From Octopus vulgaris (taxonomy: Eukaryota): a DNA stretch of 64,000 nt. A program made the translations under genes and the position numbers. Positions 1-13,972 of this stretch are shown piece after piece (the first letter of the stretch is position 1; every line of letters begins with the position of its first letter). The notes under the pieces were generated by a model. The model made no database searches. It worked only from the letters and a program-made list of their open reading frames with translations, and was not told where the DNA came from. The stretch lies in contig OX597817.1 of NCBI GenBank assembly GCA_951406725.2, positions 143,592,001 to 143,656,000 of the forward strand, given 5' to 3'.

Positions 1-1139
1 GCCACATGATCAGAAGAGTGAAGAGCAGGGAGGGCAATGGCAGATGAAATGGAGACAGAGACTGAGACAAGAGGAGAGTGGGTTGTGAGTATTGTAGAGG
101 AAGGAGTAATGGGAAAGCCAATACTGGAAGGAATAAGAAAAGAGAGACTGTCATGGTAGGGAGTAATGGGAGAGAGAGACACTGATGACTGCTACTTAAC
201 TGCTAAGAAGGGGAAGAGCCAGTGATGGATGGTTGTGTCTCACCATCAACATTGCAATCACCTAAACTATGCTCATTAATCATTACCTTCATTACCATGA
301 CCACAATGGCATCCACGACCATGACCACCACCACAACCACCGCCATGACTATTACCATTGATGTAACTACTTTTAAAGTGTGGAAAGGTAAATAAACAAT
401 CATCGGACATAATTCAGTGGAAGAGTATAGATTGAGCTCTTTTATTATTGGAGGCTTGAAACAACCATGTCTAGTTTTTGGGTCTCAGAGATATAAAAAA
501 GAACAGAATGAAACTTATAGATAATAAAACAAATAGAAAAGAAAAAGAAAAAGTCATCTTTTAAGCCTATTAGAGTTATGCCCCTTAGATTAGTCATATA
601 TATATATATATATTTAGTTGAGAGAGTTGGTATGTGAAATCATGTGGTTGGATGTATAAAAGACAAAAAAGAGTGAAAAACTACAGAAGGCTTGTGTTAT
701 ATGGTTAAAGAATATATTTAAATCGTTATGTTAGAAAAATGTTATAAAATTTTGCATATAGTAGCATAGTTTTTGGAGAAATAATCGGTTTCGTATTTTC
801 TTTTCAAATTTCTCAAATTTTTTTCCTATATTGTGTCATGTCTTCGCTATGTTGTGAAAAATGGAGTTCCAGGCAGGAGAAGGTAATCAGGGATGTTTTC
901 CGGTATAAGAGAGATAATAAAAAATGTTGGGAATGACTAGGTTTGATTAATTTAACAGGATTTGGTTTAGAAGGAATAGAATGTTACAAGTGGTTAGGTT
1001 TTGCTTTATATTTTTTTCAATGAGGTGAGTTTCCTTATTCAAAAATGTTAGAAGTGGTTAAGTTTTGGCTCTAGCAGGTCATAATTCTGCCATTACATGC
1101 CTCTCTATGAGCTTCATACCAATATTGGTCTAAAATCCA

Positions 1140-1810
1140 AGTGGTGAACTGGTAGGATTGTTAGCAGACTTGGTAAAATTCTTCACAGCATTTTGTCCGT
1201 CTTTATATTCTGAGTTCAAATTCTACCAAGGTTGATTTTTCTTTTCATCCTTTTAAGGTCAATAAAATACATACATATACCCAGACCTATTCCCCATTTT
1301 TTTTAGGAGTGGGTAGCCACAACATGACACACACCAAGTGTTCTATTCATTTCCCACCTCAAAGAGGTGAGCCCCGGAAGTTGCTCCCAGTATCAGCAGC
1401 GGGGCCTGACAGCATATGCAGGTTTACTCCCACTGCATCATGCTGGTTCCGTACCCCTTTGAGCAGGAATGAGAGAAAAACTAACAGCCAAAATGGATAT
1501 ATGAATGTTGAGGTGGTTTGGCCACATGGAGAGGATGGATGAGAAGTGGATGGATAAGGAGGGTGATGAAGGCAGAAGTGGCAGGTAGCAGAACCAGAGG
1601 CAGACCTTGGTTTGTGTAGATGGATGGAGTGAAAAAACCTTTGGTGGTTAGAGGTGATAGGAAAGATTAGAGAGTGTTTGTGGACATATGAGGGGCACAG
1701 AACCAGCATGATGTCAATAAAATAAGTACCAGTTAAACACTGGGGCTGATATAATCGATTTACACCCTCCCTTGAACTTGCTGGCCTTGTGCCAAAATTA
1801 GAAACCTATA
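1140..1810 (+). mobile_element. tRNA-derived SINE, family B (ggcgagctggcagaa...ctttcatcctttcggggtcgataaa...agtaccagtt), split by an RTE insertion
   Basis: 5' half at 1140-1269 and 3' half at 1713-1810 match intact copies such as 42346-42575; the halves are separated by the duplication GTCAATAAAATA. Confidence 0.75.
1270..1712 (-). mobile_element. 5'-inverted, truncated RTE-clade LINE 3' fragment with 12-bp TSD
   Basis: TSD gtcaataaaata at 1258-1269 and 1713-1724; (TATG)n tail on the minus strand at about 1270; + strand 1500-1650 encodes LRWFGHMERMDE..RVMKAEVAGSRTRGRP, typical of the RTE C-terminus. Confidence 0.75.
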
Positions 1811-2220
1811 TTGTCCTAATAATTCCCATTAGGGTCCACAAAGACCTAATTTGATCATCTTTAGGGATATGAATGACAAACATCATTATTGCCATGGAAA
1901 CTGGGGAATCATTTTTATGACTTTTAAGACTTGAGACTTCACTTGGCTTTTTGTCTTTCTGATCCTAATAACCAAAACAGTTGAACCAGACATTTTCTTT
2001 CTCTTAGCTTCCACCATTAACATCTAAAAAATTCAGTTAGAAAATACCACGATTATCTTAACTGGCATCTAAAATATTGATTTTGTTCTGCTAACCTTCC
2101 AGTAATTTCTTTTAAGCAGTTTCTTTTATTTTTGTATGGGTTTTTTGTTTACTAAATTTCAAGAAAAAAAATATTGGCCTATATAAATACGGCGTATAAT
2201 TTTTGGTTTTTACTTAGTTC

Positions 2221-2276
2221 TGATCTCTGATGAGATACGATAAGTATTGAAATGGGTTTTGTATACTGTAAGGTCA
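2221..2276 (+). ncRNA. Type-I hammerhead ribozyme motif
   Basis: tgatct-CTGATGA-gatac(gataa)gtatt-GAAA-tgg...ct-GTA-aggtca: 6-bp stem I, 5-bp stem II, intact core, GUA cleavage triplet. Confidence 0.7.
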
Positions 2277-2420
2277 TACATCTTAAATATATGTATGTAT
2301 GTATGTGTGTGTGTGTGTATGTGTACATACACGTATAAACATAAATATATGCAAACATGAACATAAGTATATAATAACATATATGTATACATATATATAT
2401 ATGCGTGTGTACATATATAC

Positions 2421-2830
2421 TCTTTTACTCTTTTATTTGATTCAGTCATTTGACTGTGGCCATACTGGAGCACTGCCTTTAGTTGAGCAAATTGACCCCA
2501 GGACTTATTCTTTGTAAGCCTAGTACTTATTCTATTGGTCTCTTTTGCCACACTGCTAAGTTACGGGACGTAAACACACCACCATCAATTGTCAAGCGAC
2601 GTTGGGGGGACAAACACAGGCACATAAACATATACACACATACATGTCTATATATATATACATATATATGACAGGCTTCTTTTAGTTTCCATCTAGCAAA
2701 TCCACTCACAAGGCTTTGGTCGCCCCAAGGCTATAGTAGAAGAGACTTATCCAAGGTACCACACAGCGGGACTGAACCCAGAACCATGCAGTTGGTAAGC
2801 AAGCTACTTACTACACAGCCACTCCTGTGC
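2421..2830 (-). mobile_element. tRNA-derived SINE, family A (resembles octopus OK/OR-type SINEs)
   Basis: Reverse complement of ggagtggctgtgtggtaag...ggttcagtccc (Pol III A/B-box-like head) through aaatgactgaaacaagtaaaagag. Other copies lie at about 4213-5240, 7470-7845, 13605-14120, 22361-23040, 29815-30175, 33310-33740, 46623-46920, 54290-54665, 55995-56420 and 61270-61660. Confidence 0.85.
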
Positions 2831-3029
2831 CTATATATATGTATATATGTATATAAACGTATATATATATATATACATATAAGTTTGTGTGTATGTACAA
2901 ATACACATAAACTTACACACACATGTAATGTGTATGCGTATGTATATACATATATAATATATGAGTGTATGTAGGTTCAACTATAAGCAATAAATTACTG
3001 AATGTGTGTGTGTTTGCGTGTATGTTATG

Positions 3030-3220
<191 letters not shown>

Positions 3221-4166
3221 TTTATGTGTGTATGTGTGTGTGTATGCTTGTGATTATGTACATATGTATATGCATGCCTGTCTATGTGTAAATGTATGTA
3301 TGTGTGTATAAATGCACATATTCACTTTAGCTTCAAAAGTTCCCATTCCAGGATCGGTGTAGGGTTCTCCAGAAACCTTGGCAATCTCTGAGGAAGTTCA
3401 CATTTAATGTCTGTTGATCAAATTCCTTGATCCTCCCTGCTTCTGCCCCACCCCACCGCCTCACCACCCCTTCTCTTTTCCTTCTGATCAACTTGCTGAT
3501 TTCCTTTTGGAGTGATCAATAAATAAAATTTACAGCAACAACAACAACAACAACCAAGAAAGCAGCAGCAGCAGCAGCAATGAATGAAATTAAGGTGTTG
3601 TTAATGGTTTATGTCTAAACCTTGTATCATTGAACAGTCTTCTTCACTTCTGAATTTTGTTAAATAATGAGGGGGGAGGGGGTGGTAAAGATGGTGGTAG
3701 AGGTGGTGGTGGTTAGTGTTCTGTGAGTGTGAAAGAGAGAGGGGGAGTGGAGGGGAGAGAAAGAGAGGAGAGAGAAATTGTGGGAGAGGGAGGGAGAGAT
3801 GCGAGCAGGTGAGAGAGATGGGAGGAAGAGATAGGGTGAGAGAAGGAGAGAGAGAGGGGAGGGATGGGAAGAGAGTGGAAGAAGCGACAGGGAGAGAGAG
3901 AGAGAGAGATGATGAGAGAGGGTGACAATGAGAGAAAGAGAGAGAGGAGCAGAGAAAGGGAGGAACAAAGAGAGGGAAGGACAGAGGGAGAGAGAAATAG
4001 GGTGAATGCAAAAGGTCATGTGTATATGTATGTTTGTATACTTTAAAGATAGTTTGTGTGTGTGTTTATGTATGTATATATGTGTATGTGTATGACTTTG
4101 CATGTATATAAGTATATAACTATGTATGTATGTGTGAATGAATGTATGAATATATATATCAGTGTA

Positions 4167-4209
<43 letters not shown>

Positions 4210-4212
4210 GTA

Positions 4213-4993
4213 AGAGTGGCTGTGTGGTAAGTAGCTTGCTTACGAACCACATGGTTCCAGGTTCAGTCCCACTGCGTAGCACCTTGGGCTAGTGTCTTCT
4301 ACTATAGCCTTGGGTTGATCAAAGCCTTGTGAGTGGATTTGGTAGATGGAAACTGAAAGAAGCCTGTTGTATATATGTATATATATATGAGTCCAGCTCA
4401 CTTATGCATGCCTTTCCTCCCTTGGACACACAAAGACCAGTTGAAGCAAGCGAAGTTGATATCGAACCTCATCCGATGACAGGCATCTATGCCAACCTCC
4501 CTTTGCTTGTGAAGACCTGTTGGGGCAAGTGAAATCGAAATCGGAATCGAAATTGAACCAATCCTATGACTGGCACCCGGCAGATGCCAGGAACCCTGGA
4601 CTGGAGATACGTAAAAAGCACTATCCGAATTGTGGCCGATGCCAGTGCCACTTCGACTGGCTTCCGTGTTGGTGGCATGTAAAAAGCACCATCCGAATTG
4701 TGGCCGAAGCCAGTGCTGCCTCGACTGGCTTCCGTGCAGGTGGCACGTAAAATGCACCAATCCGACCGTGGCCGATGCCAGCCTCGCCTGGCACCAGTGC
4801 AGGTGGCATGTAAAAAGCACCCACTACACTCTCGGAGTGGTTGGCATTAGGAAGGGCATCCAGCTGTAGAAACTTTGCCAGATAAGACCGGAGCCTGGTG
4901 CAGCCTTCTGGCTTCCCAGATCCCCGGTCGAACCGTCCAACCCATGCTAGCATGGAAAACGGACGTTAAACGATGATGATGATGATGATGATG

Positions 4994-5027
<34 letters not shown>

Positions 5028-5240
5028 ATATGCTTGTGTGTCTGTGTTTGTTCCCCCAACATCGCTTGACAACCGATGCTGGTGTGTTTACGCCCCCGTA
5101 ACTTAGCGGTTCAGCAAAGAGACTGATAGAATAAGTACTAGGCTTACAAAGAATAAGTCCTGGGGTCGATTTGCTTGACTAAAGGCAGTGCTCCAGCATG
5201 GCCGCAGTCAAATGACTGAAACAAGTAAAAGAGAAAAAAG
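4213..5240 (+). mobile_element. Family A SINE with an RTE 3'-UTR fragment (about 4390-4995) inserted in its central (TA)n tract
   Basis: SINE head at 4213-4370 and tail at 5030-5240; the insert ends in ggacgttaaac(gat)n. Confidence 0.85.
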
Positions 5241-5246
5241 AGAAAG

Positions 5247-5281
<35 letters not shown>

Positions 5282-5454
5282 GATACATATGTGTATATAT
5301 GTATCTATGCATGCTTGTATGCATACATTCATATGTGTTTATAAATGTATACAAGTTCAATATAAAAGTGACTATGTGAAAGATGATGTGAGTTTATGTG
5401 GCATGTGTGTGTATAAATATTTTGTGTGTGTATTAATTTAGAAGAAGGGAAAGA

Positions 5455-5520
<66 letters not shown>

Positions 5521-5652
5521 ATATATAATGGGGTTTTGAGTAGTAGAGAATTAGGTGTATGAAAGAGAAAGCGAGAGAGAGAGAGTGAGAAAGGGAGAAA
5601 GAGAGGGAAAGAGAGACAGATAGAAAGGCAGCAGATTGTATGTATGTGTGTA

Positions 5653-5687
<35 letters not shown>

Positions 5688-6014
5688 GTAAGAGGGAGAA
5701 AGAGAAAGTATGTGTGTGAATTCAAAGGAATAGGAGATACCCACTTTCACACACACACACATGTATCTGTGAATGTGTGTGAGGAAGAAAGCAAGAGAAG
5801 AGGAGAGAGAGCGGGAAGGAGGGGGGAGAGAGGGAGAGAGAGAGATGTGTGTGTTCAAATTTATAATTTTTCAATTAGATTGTATTTAAAACGAAGTCTG
5901 TAAAATTTGAAGTTCTCTTCTTGTTGCTTTGATTTCTCTTCAGTCTCCTATCTCAGCATCTCTCATTAATTTAGTCAGCTCTATTATCTTTTGGTATTGT
6001 ACACACACACTTAT

Positions 6015-6070
<56 letters not shown>

Positions 6071-6201
6071 CGCACACAATAGACACATAGAAACACATAC
6101 ATATCCACACACACACACATATATATATATATGTATGTATATGTATGCATCTGTGTCTATTTATATGTATATATGTGTGTGTTTGTGTGCATGTATTTAT
6201 A

Positions 6202-6248
<47 letters not shown>

Positions 6249-6335
6249 CAGAGAGAGAGAGAGAGAGAAAGTGTGTGTCAAGAAGAGAGGAGATGACTAT
6301 CTTTGTTTCTGTGTGTATGTGTGTGTAAATCTGTA

Positions 6336-6387
<52 letters not shown>

Positions 6388-8484
6388 CATACAGACTTAC
6401 ACATATATATACACACACGCTCACTTATGTATACATGTATGTCTATGCATACATGCATACATACATATATATGTATTTATACATATATATATACATTACA
6501 TATATATATATATATATGTATATATGCATATTTATATATATATACATATACACATATATACATATATATGTATGTATACCTACATATATATGCATGCACA
6601 TAAATATATATATATATATATACATTGATGATGATGATGCTGATGATATATATATATATATATATATTTATATGTATATTTACACACACACATACATACA
6701 CTTGCACACATACATACACTTACACACACACAGACATACACTTACATACACACACACACACACATATTATTTTCATGTTCCCTCCTTGTATATTGAGTTC
6801 ATACAGTCTCCTGTAGTTGTTTGTCATTTCACTTGTTTACCGTTTGTAGTGTATTTTTCTCTTGTTTTCTTTTTTTATATATTTTTTTTACCTATCTTTA
6901 TTTTTTACAAAGAAAACATTATTTTGATTTACGGTTATTTACGTTTTTTTTTTCCAATGTTATTTGTTTACTTCATTATTATAACTTTTTACTTTGTTTT
7001 TTAATATTTTCCACATTAATTTATATATTACTGTTTAGCCCTAGGCCAGGTTTGTCTGAGCAGGCTGATGATCAAAGGCATTCTTACCATGCACGACTCC
7101 TGCTGTTTTTTTGTTTTTGGTTTTCCTCAGATGTGAGGTTAAGAAGTTTGGTGTACAACTTTGGGGTTTCTGATTTAGTCTCACAACACACCTTGATCTT
7201 CTACAACCTGCCTCCAGCCGACCAACTTTTTGAGTGGAATTGGATAGAAATAAACTGTATCGACACCCATTTTGTGTGTGCGAGTGTGTTTCTGTGTGTG
7301 TGTGTGCATGTGTGTGTGTGTGTGTGCGTGCGTGTGTGTGTATGTGTGTGTGTGTGTGTGTGTGTGGAACCAAGCCCAGAGTTTTATTGTCAGTGGCCAT
7401 GCTGGAGCACCACCTTTAGCCGAACAAACTAACCCTAGGACTTATTCTTTGTAAGCCTCTCTTATCCTCTCTTTTACTTGTTTCAGTCATTTCACTGTGG
7501 CCATGCTGGAGCACTGCCTTTAGTTGAGCAAACTGACCCCATGACTTATTCTTTGTAAGCCTAGTACTTATTGTAATGGTCTCTCTTGCCGAATCGCAGG
7601 TGACAGGGACGTAAACACACCAACATTGGTTGTCAAGCGATGTTGGGGGGGACAAACGCACACACAAATACATACATATACATATATACGACGGGCTTCT
7701 TTCCGTCTACCAAATCCACTCACAAGGCTTTGGTTGGCCTGAGGCTAGAGTAGAGGACACTTGTCCAAGGTGCCATGCAGTGGGAATGAACCTGGAACCA
7801 TGTGGTTTGTAAGCAAGCTACTTACCACACAGCCACTCCTGTGCCTACTACTTATTATATCGGGTTCTTTTGCTGAACTGCTAGGTTACGGGACGTAAAC
7901 ACACCAGCATTAGTTGTCAACTGATGGTGTAGGAGACATACATATATATATATATATGATGGGCTTCTTTAAGTTTCCACCTACCAAATCAACTCACAAG
8001 GCTTTGGTTGGCCTGAGACTATAGTAGAAGACACTTACTCATGGTGGCACACAGTGGGACTGAACTCAGAACCATGTGGTTGGGAAGCAAGCTTCTTATC
8101 ACACATATTAGGCTAACATATTCTACCAGTTCTATGTCAAGCTAACCAGATCCAGCCTCTTACACTTACACCTCAATGTCATTCTAAAAGCAAAACAATC
8201 ACATCTTTGAAATCTCAAAGCTACGAGATAATTCATGATTAATTCAAAACAATGTGAATAAATAAGCTTTATATTTAACAGCTATTTAAAATCTAAATGC
8301 TAAAAGGTTAATATAACAAATTCTCTGTTTTTATTCCACCAACTCTTGTGAAAAGACACCAACATCTAGTTTCTCTCTATGGAAAGAAAAGGCTTTTTTT
8401 TTCTGCTTGTGGCCTAATGGTTAGGATGTTGCCCTCATGATTATAAGATAGCAGTTTCAATATATATATATATGTATATATATC

Positions 8485-10570
8485 AGACTCCAATCTGATC
8501 TGGCAGAGTTTCTACAGCTGGATGCCCTTCCTAACACCAACCACTCTGAGAGTGTAGTGGGTGCTTTTACATGCCACCGGCATGAGGGCCAGTTTGGTGG
8601 TACTGGCAACGGCCACGCCCAAATGGTGCTTTTTATGTGCCACCTGCACAGGAGCCAGTCCAGCGGCACTGGCGACGACCTCGATCGAATATTTCACATG
8701 CCACCAGCACAAGTGCTAGTAAGGTGACGCAGTAACGATCATGCTCGAATGTTGTGCTTAACATGCCATTGGCACGAAGGTCAGCTTGTTGCTCTGGCAA
8801 TGATCTCACTCGTATGGTACTCTTAGTGCTCCACTAGCAATGGATGCCAGTCACCGAGTTTGATTTTGACTTCGATTTCACTTGCCTCAACTGGTCTTTG
8901 CAAGCAGAGTTTAGTGTCCAATGAAGAAAAGGCACGCACAAGTGGACTGGTTACAACCCTAGCATAGGCCACAAGGTTATGGTTACACTTGCGCTTGCCG
9001 AGTCTTCTCAAGCACAGCATATTTCCAGAGGTCCCGGTCACTAGTCATTGCCTCGGTGAGGCCCAATGTTTGAAGGTCATGCTTCACACCTCATCCCAGG
9101 TCTTCCTGGGTCTACCTCTTCCACAGGTTCCCTCAACTGCTAGGGTGTGGCACTTTTTCACACAGCTATCCACATCCATTCTCGCCACATGACCATACCA
9201 GTGCAGTCATCTCTCTTGCACACCACATCTGATGCTTCTTAGGTCCAGCATTACTCTCAGGACACTAACACTCTGTCGAGTATGCACACTGACATTACAC
9301 ATCCATCGGCGCATGCTAGCTTCATTCCTTGCGAGCTTACGCATATCCTCAGCAGTCACGGTCCATGTTTCACTGCCATGTAGCATGGCTGTTCATACAC
9401 GTGTGATACAGTCTACCTTTTACTCTGAGCAAGAGGCCCTTTGTCACCAGCAGAGGTAAGAGCTCTCTGAACTTAGCCCAGGCTATTCTTATTCTAGCAG
9501 CTACACTTTCAGTGCACCCTCCCCCGCTACTGACTTGGTCACCTAGGTAACGGAAGCTATCAGCTACTTCTAGTGGCGGAAGTTGTTCTCTGCACATTTT
9601 CTGTGTTATTTATAGCTCCCGAGCATCTGCCACATACGAAAACTATCCTCCCAGTTAGCCTCCCTTTGATATTGCTGCACCTCTTATGTGTCCATAGCTT
9701 ACACTGGGTACATCTTATAGAGTTTCTACCTAAGCCTTTTCTACAGATTGAGCAGGGCCATCTACCTGAAGGGATTTGTGGTTTGCCTGCCTTCCTACTT
9801 ATAAGGACTTTGGTTTTAGCTAGGTTGACTCTAAGGCCCTTCGATTCTAATCCTTGTTTCCACACTTGAAACTTCTCCTCTAGTTCTGTTAGTGACTCAG
9901 CAATTAGAGCAAGGTCGTCAGAATAGAGAAGCTCCCAGGGGCATCCTGTCTTGAATTCCTCTGTTATTGCCTGGAGGACTATGATAAATAGGAGGGGGCT
10001 GAGGACTGAACCTTAGTGGACCCCTACCTCTACACAGAATTCTTCACTGTACTCATTGCCAACCCTCACCTTACTGACAGCATCCCTGTACATGGCTTGC
10101 ACAGCTTTCACTAACCATTCATCTATCCCTAGTTTCCTCATTGACCACCAGATAAGGGATTGGGGGACCCTGTCAAAGGCTTTCTCCATGTCAACAAAAG
10201 CCAGGTACAGGGGCTTATCTTTGGCTAGGTATTTCTCCTGCAGCTGTCTAACCAGAAATATAGCATCAGTGGTGCTTTTCCCTGACACGAAACCAAACTG
10301 CATCTCATCCAAGCTGACTCTCTCCCTAATTAGTTGGACTATGACCCTCTCCGTGATCTTCATTACCTGATCCAAGAGCTTGATACCTCTGTAATTATTT
10401 GTATCTAAAGCGCCACCTTTTCCTTTGTAGCAGTTGACTATTATGCTGCTACACCAGTCATTAGGTATGACTCCTTTGTGTATCAGCTGGTTAACTATAT
10501 GGGTGACCAAGCTAATGCCGACACTGACAGATATTTTGAGCATCTCTGCAGTAATTCCTGATGGGCTGGG
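8485..10570 (-). mobile_element. 5'-truncated, degenerate RTE-clade non-LTR retrotransposon (RT domain, C-terminus and 3' UTR)
   Basis: Minus-strand RT motifs NYRGIKLL, QFGFVSGKSTTDAIF, AFVDMEKAFDRVP, GVH*GSVLSPLLF, ELLYSDDLALIA, FRYLGD and RLHWYGHVARM..GRGRPRKTWDE; contains a stop and frameshifts. Confidence 0.93.
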
Positions 10571-10571
10571 G

Positions 10572-10930
10572 TGAGGGCAGCAGACTTGTGGTCATAGGAT
10601 CGCAATTTCGATCCCCAGATCAGGCATTGTGAGTGTTTATTGAGCGAAAACACTTACAGCCCCATGAGGCTCAAGCAGGTGGGGTTAGCGAATCCTGCTG
10701 TACTCTTTCACCACAACTTTCTCACACACTCTCTTCCTATTTCTGTTGTAACTGTATTTTGGAAGGCCAGCCTTGTCACACTTTGTGCCATGCTGAATCT
10801 CCCTGAGAACTACGTTAAGGGTACATGTGTCTGTGGAGTGCTCAGCCACTTGTACATTAAATTAACGAGCAGGTTGTTCTGTTGATCGGATCAACTGGAA
10901 CCCTCGTCGTCGTAACCGACGGAGTGCCAT
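10572..10930 (+). mobile_element. tRNA-derived SINE, family C (agggcagcggactcgcggtcataggatcgcggtttcgattccc...)
   Basis: Matches the copies at 15548-15875 (+) and about 60030-60412 (-); abuts the 5' truncation point of the RTE. Confidence 0.8.
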
Positions 10931-11123
10931 ATGTCTGTGTGTGTGTGTAATTAATCTATATTATTTTATCTACTTATATTTATTTTCATTGTATTATGGT
11001 CTATCTTATATTTCATATATATGACACGTTTTAATTAGTTTTTAATTAATTTCTAATTCTTTCCCATATTTATTTTATCTTTATAAATTTATATATTTTC
11101 TGCTTGTTCTATTAAATGTACAT

Positions 11124-11184
<61 letters not shown>

Positions 11185-11278
11185 GTATATATAGATATAT
11201 ATGTGTGTATATATATATATAAAGATAGATAGATATATATGTATGTATATATAAGATATATATGTATATATATATATG

Positions 11279-11323
<45 letters not shown>

Positions 11324-11344
11324 ATATGTATATATATATTTATA

Positions 11345-11417
<73 letters not shown>

Positions 11418-12759
11418 TATATATATTATTATAGACTTATTTTGTGTTCATTTTATAGATTGCTTATCTTTTTCTTGTTTACTTTTAGCTTTTACTCTTA
11501 CTTTCATCTTTTGCTTGTTTCAGTCATTAGACTGCGGCCATGCTGGGGCACCACCTTCAAGAATTTTTGTTGATATATATTTTATTTTTATTTTATAATT
11601 TTATATGTTTTATGTTTTATTTTATAAATTTATATACTTTGTGTTTATCAAAGAAAAAAAAATTATGTATTTCATATTTATTTTATTAGTCTATATATTT
11701 TACAGTTACTTAAAAAAATTATTGTATATTTGTTATATTTACTCATATTTTATGTTCATTATATAAATTTATATATTTTATATTTATTTTTAAGAAATTT
11801 ATTTATTTTATTTTTATCTTATTAATCTATATATTTAATATTTTTTTTATTAATCTGATATATTTTATATTTTATCACTATATACATTTTATTTATTTTT
11901 TTTATCTATTTATATATTTTTTACCAAAATTTATATATTTTATATTTTGCTATTTTATACATTTTCTATTTGAATTCCATTATTTTTTATTGTTTTTTTT
12001 ATTTCATTTCCTCATATGTTATTTATTTATTGATTTCTATACCATCTTATTTTCATTTTCTTTCACTGGATTGTATTTATTAATTTTCTTTTAAATTACA
12101 TTTTCTAAATTTATATACTTTATTATTCTTTTCCAATATTTTATTTCACTGAAATTTATTCCTACATTTATTTTGATCATTTTCTTATTTTTATTCCATA
12201 TACTTTATTCATTTATTACATCAATCAATGGAAATGGTTATTTTCTACAAACTCCGAAACCTACTTTTCCAGGATTTAGCAAAACAATTTTGAAAGCTCC
12301 AAATTATACTCTTTTCTTTTTCATTATTTTTTCATTATTTTTCTTTTCTTATTCTGCATTTGTTTGTATTTTTCCTTTATTATTCAATATTTTTTGAAGA
12401 ATTTATTTATTTTTGCTGTATTTTCAATTTTTTTTTCATTATTTTTTGATATCTAAATTATTTAAGTATTTTGTAAATAACCAACTTTAAAAGTACACAT
12501 GCTTTTGATGAATGAATCTATTTTAAACAACAATGGTACCATTTGAATTGATGAAAGGGTTTTAAATATTTTTGTGGGGCCAGATGGGGGGATAATTTGT
12601 TGAATTATCTGTAATATATTACTGGTATGTATTGATGGGTCTTCGCTTTATTGATTTCTATCTAATGTGGGTGTAAGACCAGGAATTTTGGAGGGAGGTG
12701 TTTTTAGTTGATTAAAGTGATTTGCTACTTCATTGGTTCTATTTTTAACCAGCGATGTA

Positions 12760-13300
12760 TATCATTACCATCATCATCATCATCATTGTCATCATCATCA
12801 ACATCATTATCATCACTACCTCCGCTGCTGCTGCTGCCACTGCTGAGGTTGTCATTGCTACCAGAACTGCCACCACTGCTACCACCACCACCACCAGCAC
12901 TGCTACCACCATCACCACCACCACCGTCACCACTGCTACCACCACCACCACTGCTACCACCATCACCACCACCACCACTGCTACCATCACCACCACCACT
13001 GCTACCACCACGACGACGACCACCACCACCACCACCACCTACCACCACCACCACTACCACCACCACCGCCACCACCACTACCACAACGATGATGATGACA
13101 ATGACGACGACGACATTGACGACAACAACAATGATGATGACGACCAGCACCACCACCACTACAACCACAACAACCATCACCACAATGACCACCACTGCTG
13201 TTGCCACCACCACCACCACTGCTGCCGCCATCAAACTACAACCGTCACCACTTCCACTGCTGCTGTTACTTCTCCCGCCGCTACTGCTGCTACCTTCTTC
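12760..13300. repeat. Compound trinucleotide repeat (CAT/CAC/GCT/GAC)n
   Basis: Low-complexity tract giving poly-P/T/H/V/G ORFs in several frames. Confidence 0.9.
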
Positions 13301-13824
13301 ATTGCTACCATTATCTCTTCAACCAAAACCACTTCATGTAGAGCAGTTTCTCTTCTGCTAGAAACCGACTCTGGCTCTTTTCTCATCTTTTACCCCCCCT
13401 CCCCATTATTTCTTGTTCCCCCTCCCCACTTAGGGTTTGTAGTTTTGCCAACTGCATGGCGACCCCACTAGAGTTGAGGTTAAGGTACATCAGATATAAA
13501 CCTAGATGATAAACTTCAGTACAGTTTCCATTTAACCAATTTAACCAAATGAGCAGAGGGAAAATGGATGCAAGATGATGATGATGATGATGACATTTTT
13601 TTTTATTCTTTTATTTAATTCAGTCATTTGACAGTAGCCATGCTGGAGCACCACCTTTAGTCGAACAAATCAACCCCAGGACTTATTTTTTTGTAAGCTT
13701 AGTATTTATTCTATCGGTCTCTTTTGCTGAACTGCTAAATGATGGGGACGTAAACACAGCAACATCGGTTGTCAAGCGATGCTGGGGGGACAAACACAGA
13801 CACAAATAACAAACACACATATAC

Positions 13825-13914
<90 letters not shown>

Positions 13915-13915
13915 G

Positions 13916-13972
<57 letters not shown>

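Noticed and set aside
410-490. Possible decayed hammerhead (tggaaga...GAAAC-aaccat-GTC-tag)
   Set aside because: The CUGANGA box and stem I are not convincingly present.
3325-3660. Unique sequence with a possible minus-strand micro-exon (MGTFEAK followed by gtgaat) or a plus-strand terminal exon after ttcactttag
   Set aside because: No recognisable homology and weak splice signals; cannot be supported without transcript data.
11570-12500. Extremely AT/T-rich tract, considered as a possible mitochondrial insertion or ORF 12173-12397
   Set aside because: No mitochondrial gene or tRNA is recognisable; consistent with degenerate low-complexity DNA.
12708-13471. Long Pro/Thr/His/Gly-rich ORFs resembling extensin or mucin
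   Set aside because: Open in several frames on both strands because of trinucleotide repeats; no non-repetitive coding anchor.
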